The translations under genes and the position numbers were made by a program. Shown here one piece after another: positions 62,601 through 64,000 of a stretch of DNA of 64,000 bases (positions within the stretch are counted from its first letter, which is position 1; every line of letters begins with the position of its first letter). Source of the stretch: Antechinus flavipes (taxonomy: Eukaryota); the NCBI RefSeq assembly GCF_016432865.1, contig NC_067399.1, positions 32,674,001-32,738,000 on the forward strand. The letters are read 5' to 3'. The notes below the pieces were generated by a model. It was not told the DNA's origin. It saw only the letters and a list, made by a program, of their open reading frames with translations, and ran no database searches.

Positions 62601-63335
62601 GCATAATGTTTATGTAAGATGAGTCTTGTGGCAATGTGTGAGGTAGATTAGGAAGGGTAAACATGAGTCTCAGGAAGACCAGCATGGGGTCCGCAGGGTA
62701 ATGAGAGAAAAGAATGATTCAAAGGAAGAAGTGACCTGGTAAGATTTGTACTAAAGGAAGAGTGGAAAGTCAAAGAGGATTTTAAGTTTTCTGGCTTAAG
62801 GAATAGTTTTACTATAGAAAAATAGAAATTGGGGAATGGGGCAGATTTTGGAGAGGGCTGAGGAATCTGGTTTTAGATCCATGATGCTTAAGATTCAGTT
62901 CTAGAGGCAGAGTAAGAAGTTGGAAATATTGGATCAGAGTATTTTAGTGAGCAGTCAGGGCTGGGAGGAAGACAGGCCTATTGCCTTCTTGTCTCTTGCC
63001 AAGGAATAATTCCAAGGTATTCTAGGGAGAGTTTTAGAAACCTGAAGGAAGGAATTGAGTTCCTTGAAGACTGGCCCATGTATTTCTGGAATGATGTTTT
63101 ATTATTACCGAGTATAATGTGATAATATCAAGAAGACCCAGGGAAAATCAGCGTCTTCAAGATGCCTCCATTGTAATGTTTTTGCTTCTCCCCCCCAGGA
63201 CGAGGGTTGAAGTCTCATGCCTACATTCATAGTGTCCAGTTCAGCCACCATGTTTTCCTTAACCTGCACACCCTCAAGTTTTACTGCCTTCCAGACAACT
63301 ACGAAATCATTGACTCCTCACTGGAAGACATCACT
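53601..63335 (+). CDS. USP39: Ubiquitin-specific peptidase 39 / U4/U6.U5 tri-snRNP protein (exons 1-4, continues beyond window)
   Basis: Exons 53601-53886 (MSSRTKRE...EDSEPEREVR), 59906-59975 (GRLDSEDRRSRHCPYLDTINR), 61363-61457 (SVLDFDFEKLCSISLSHINAYACLVCGKYFQG) and 63199-63335 (RGLKSHAYIHSVQFSHHVFLNLHTLKFYCLPDNYEIIDSSLEDIT). Phases are consistent; ZnF-UBP domain. Confidence 0.97.
55640..56110 (+). mobile_element. Ancient CR1/L3 LINE fragments
   Basis: Degenerate 3' RT-like segments typical of L3. Confidence 0.45.
62133..62475 (+). mobile_element. 5'-truncated ERV LTR in USP39 intron 3
   Basis: TATATAA at ~62170, CAATAAAG at ~62403, ends ...CATTACA. Confidence 0.65.
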
Positions 63336-64000
63336 GTATGTGTCACTGTGAAGCATGCCAAGTCTCTGGGAAGCTTCTTTCTCTTGTGTGCCGATCTACC
63401 TCTGTGTCTGAACATCGATGTCCTGGGGCATCCCCTTGGGGGGAGGGAGGGAGGGGGACAGATACAATTGGTATTCTAAAGTTGGGATCCTGGGAATCTG
63501 TAGTTTGTGTGACATGGAATCATTAATAATTATGTCACTGATGGGACTGAGGAAAGAGAACAACTTCATGCTAGGCTGGTAGGTGAAAAATAGCAATTTA
63601 TTTTATTGAACTGAAATTTAACATTTGAGCATTAGGATAGCTTGGGGGAGGTGGGGCGCTGGACAGGCTGAAAGTCTGGAAAACCCGAGTTCAGATGCTG
63701 CTGCAGACCTCTAATTAGTGGTGTGGTCTGGGATCTGTTAGCATCTCAGCCTTTCCTGGGCTTCTCCCTTTGATAAATGGGGATCATAAAGACACTGGCC
63801 ACAGGAGTTGTTTGGAAGATTAAGTGAGATCAGGAGTGATTCCAGAAATGGCGGCTTCATGATTCAGGGGTAGTCCCCCGGCCTGGCTGGAGCACTGTAA
63901 CTGGAGATGGGGCCATGATGGATGCCCCTTCTCAGCAGCTCCTTCGTTCTTGGGGAGGAAGTCTGCTCCTCGCCGCGCTGCTGATTGTGCCTTCTCTTTG

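Noticed and set aside
1-64000. CRISPR arrays, rRNA, snoRNA or tRNA genes
   Set aside because: None recognisable; the tandem repeats lack unique spacers and the DNA is eukaryotic.

Overview
This is marsupial genomic DNA, most likely from a dasyurid (inferred from WSINE1-type SINEs, marsupial L1 3' ends and an OC1-type hAT MITE). It is syntenic with the human VAMP5-RNF181-TMEM150A-C2orf68-USP39 block. Complete RNF181 (+, 5 exons, 156 aa), TMEM150A (-, 7 coding exons, 271 aa) and C2orf68 (-, 4 exons), plus the first four USP39 exons (+), can be spliced by hand with consistent phases. The main unexpected feature lies at 20.6-24.8 kb: an old, intron-containing second copy of RNF181 exons 1-4 with its own CpG/CCAAT promoter and an intact RING-H2 domain. 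It lacks RNF181 exon 5 and is instead followed in frame by a VAMP5-derived segment: a remodelled remnant of the SNARE exon and a VAMP5-like last exon with a transmembrane helix and a polyA signal. The predicted product is a chimeric, tail-anchored RING E3 ligase (RNF181-VAMP5, about 209-231 aa). No intact VAMP5 SNARE exon was found in the window. The first ~20 kb is mostly transposon debris. There is one 368-N assembly gap. Comparisons with human or mouse sequences are from memory, not from database searches.
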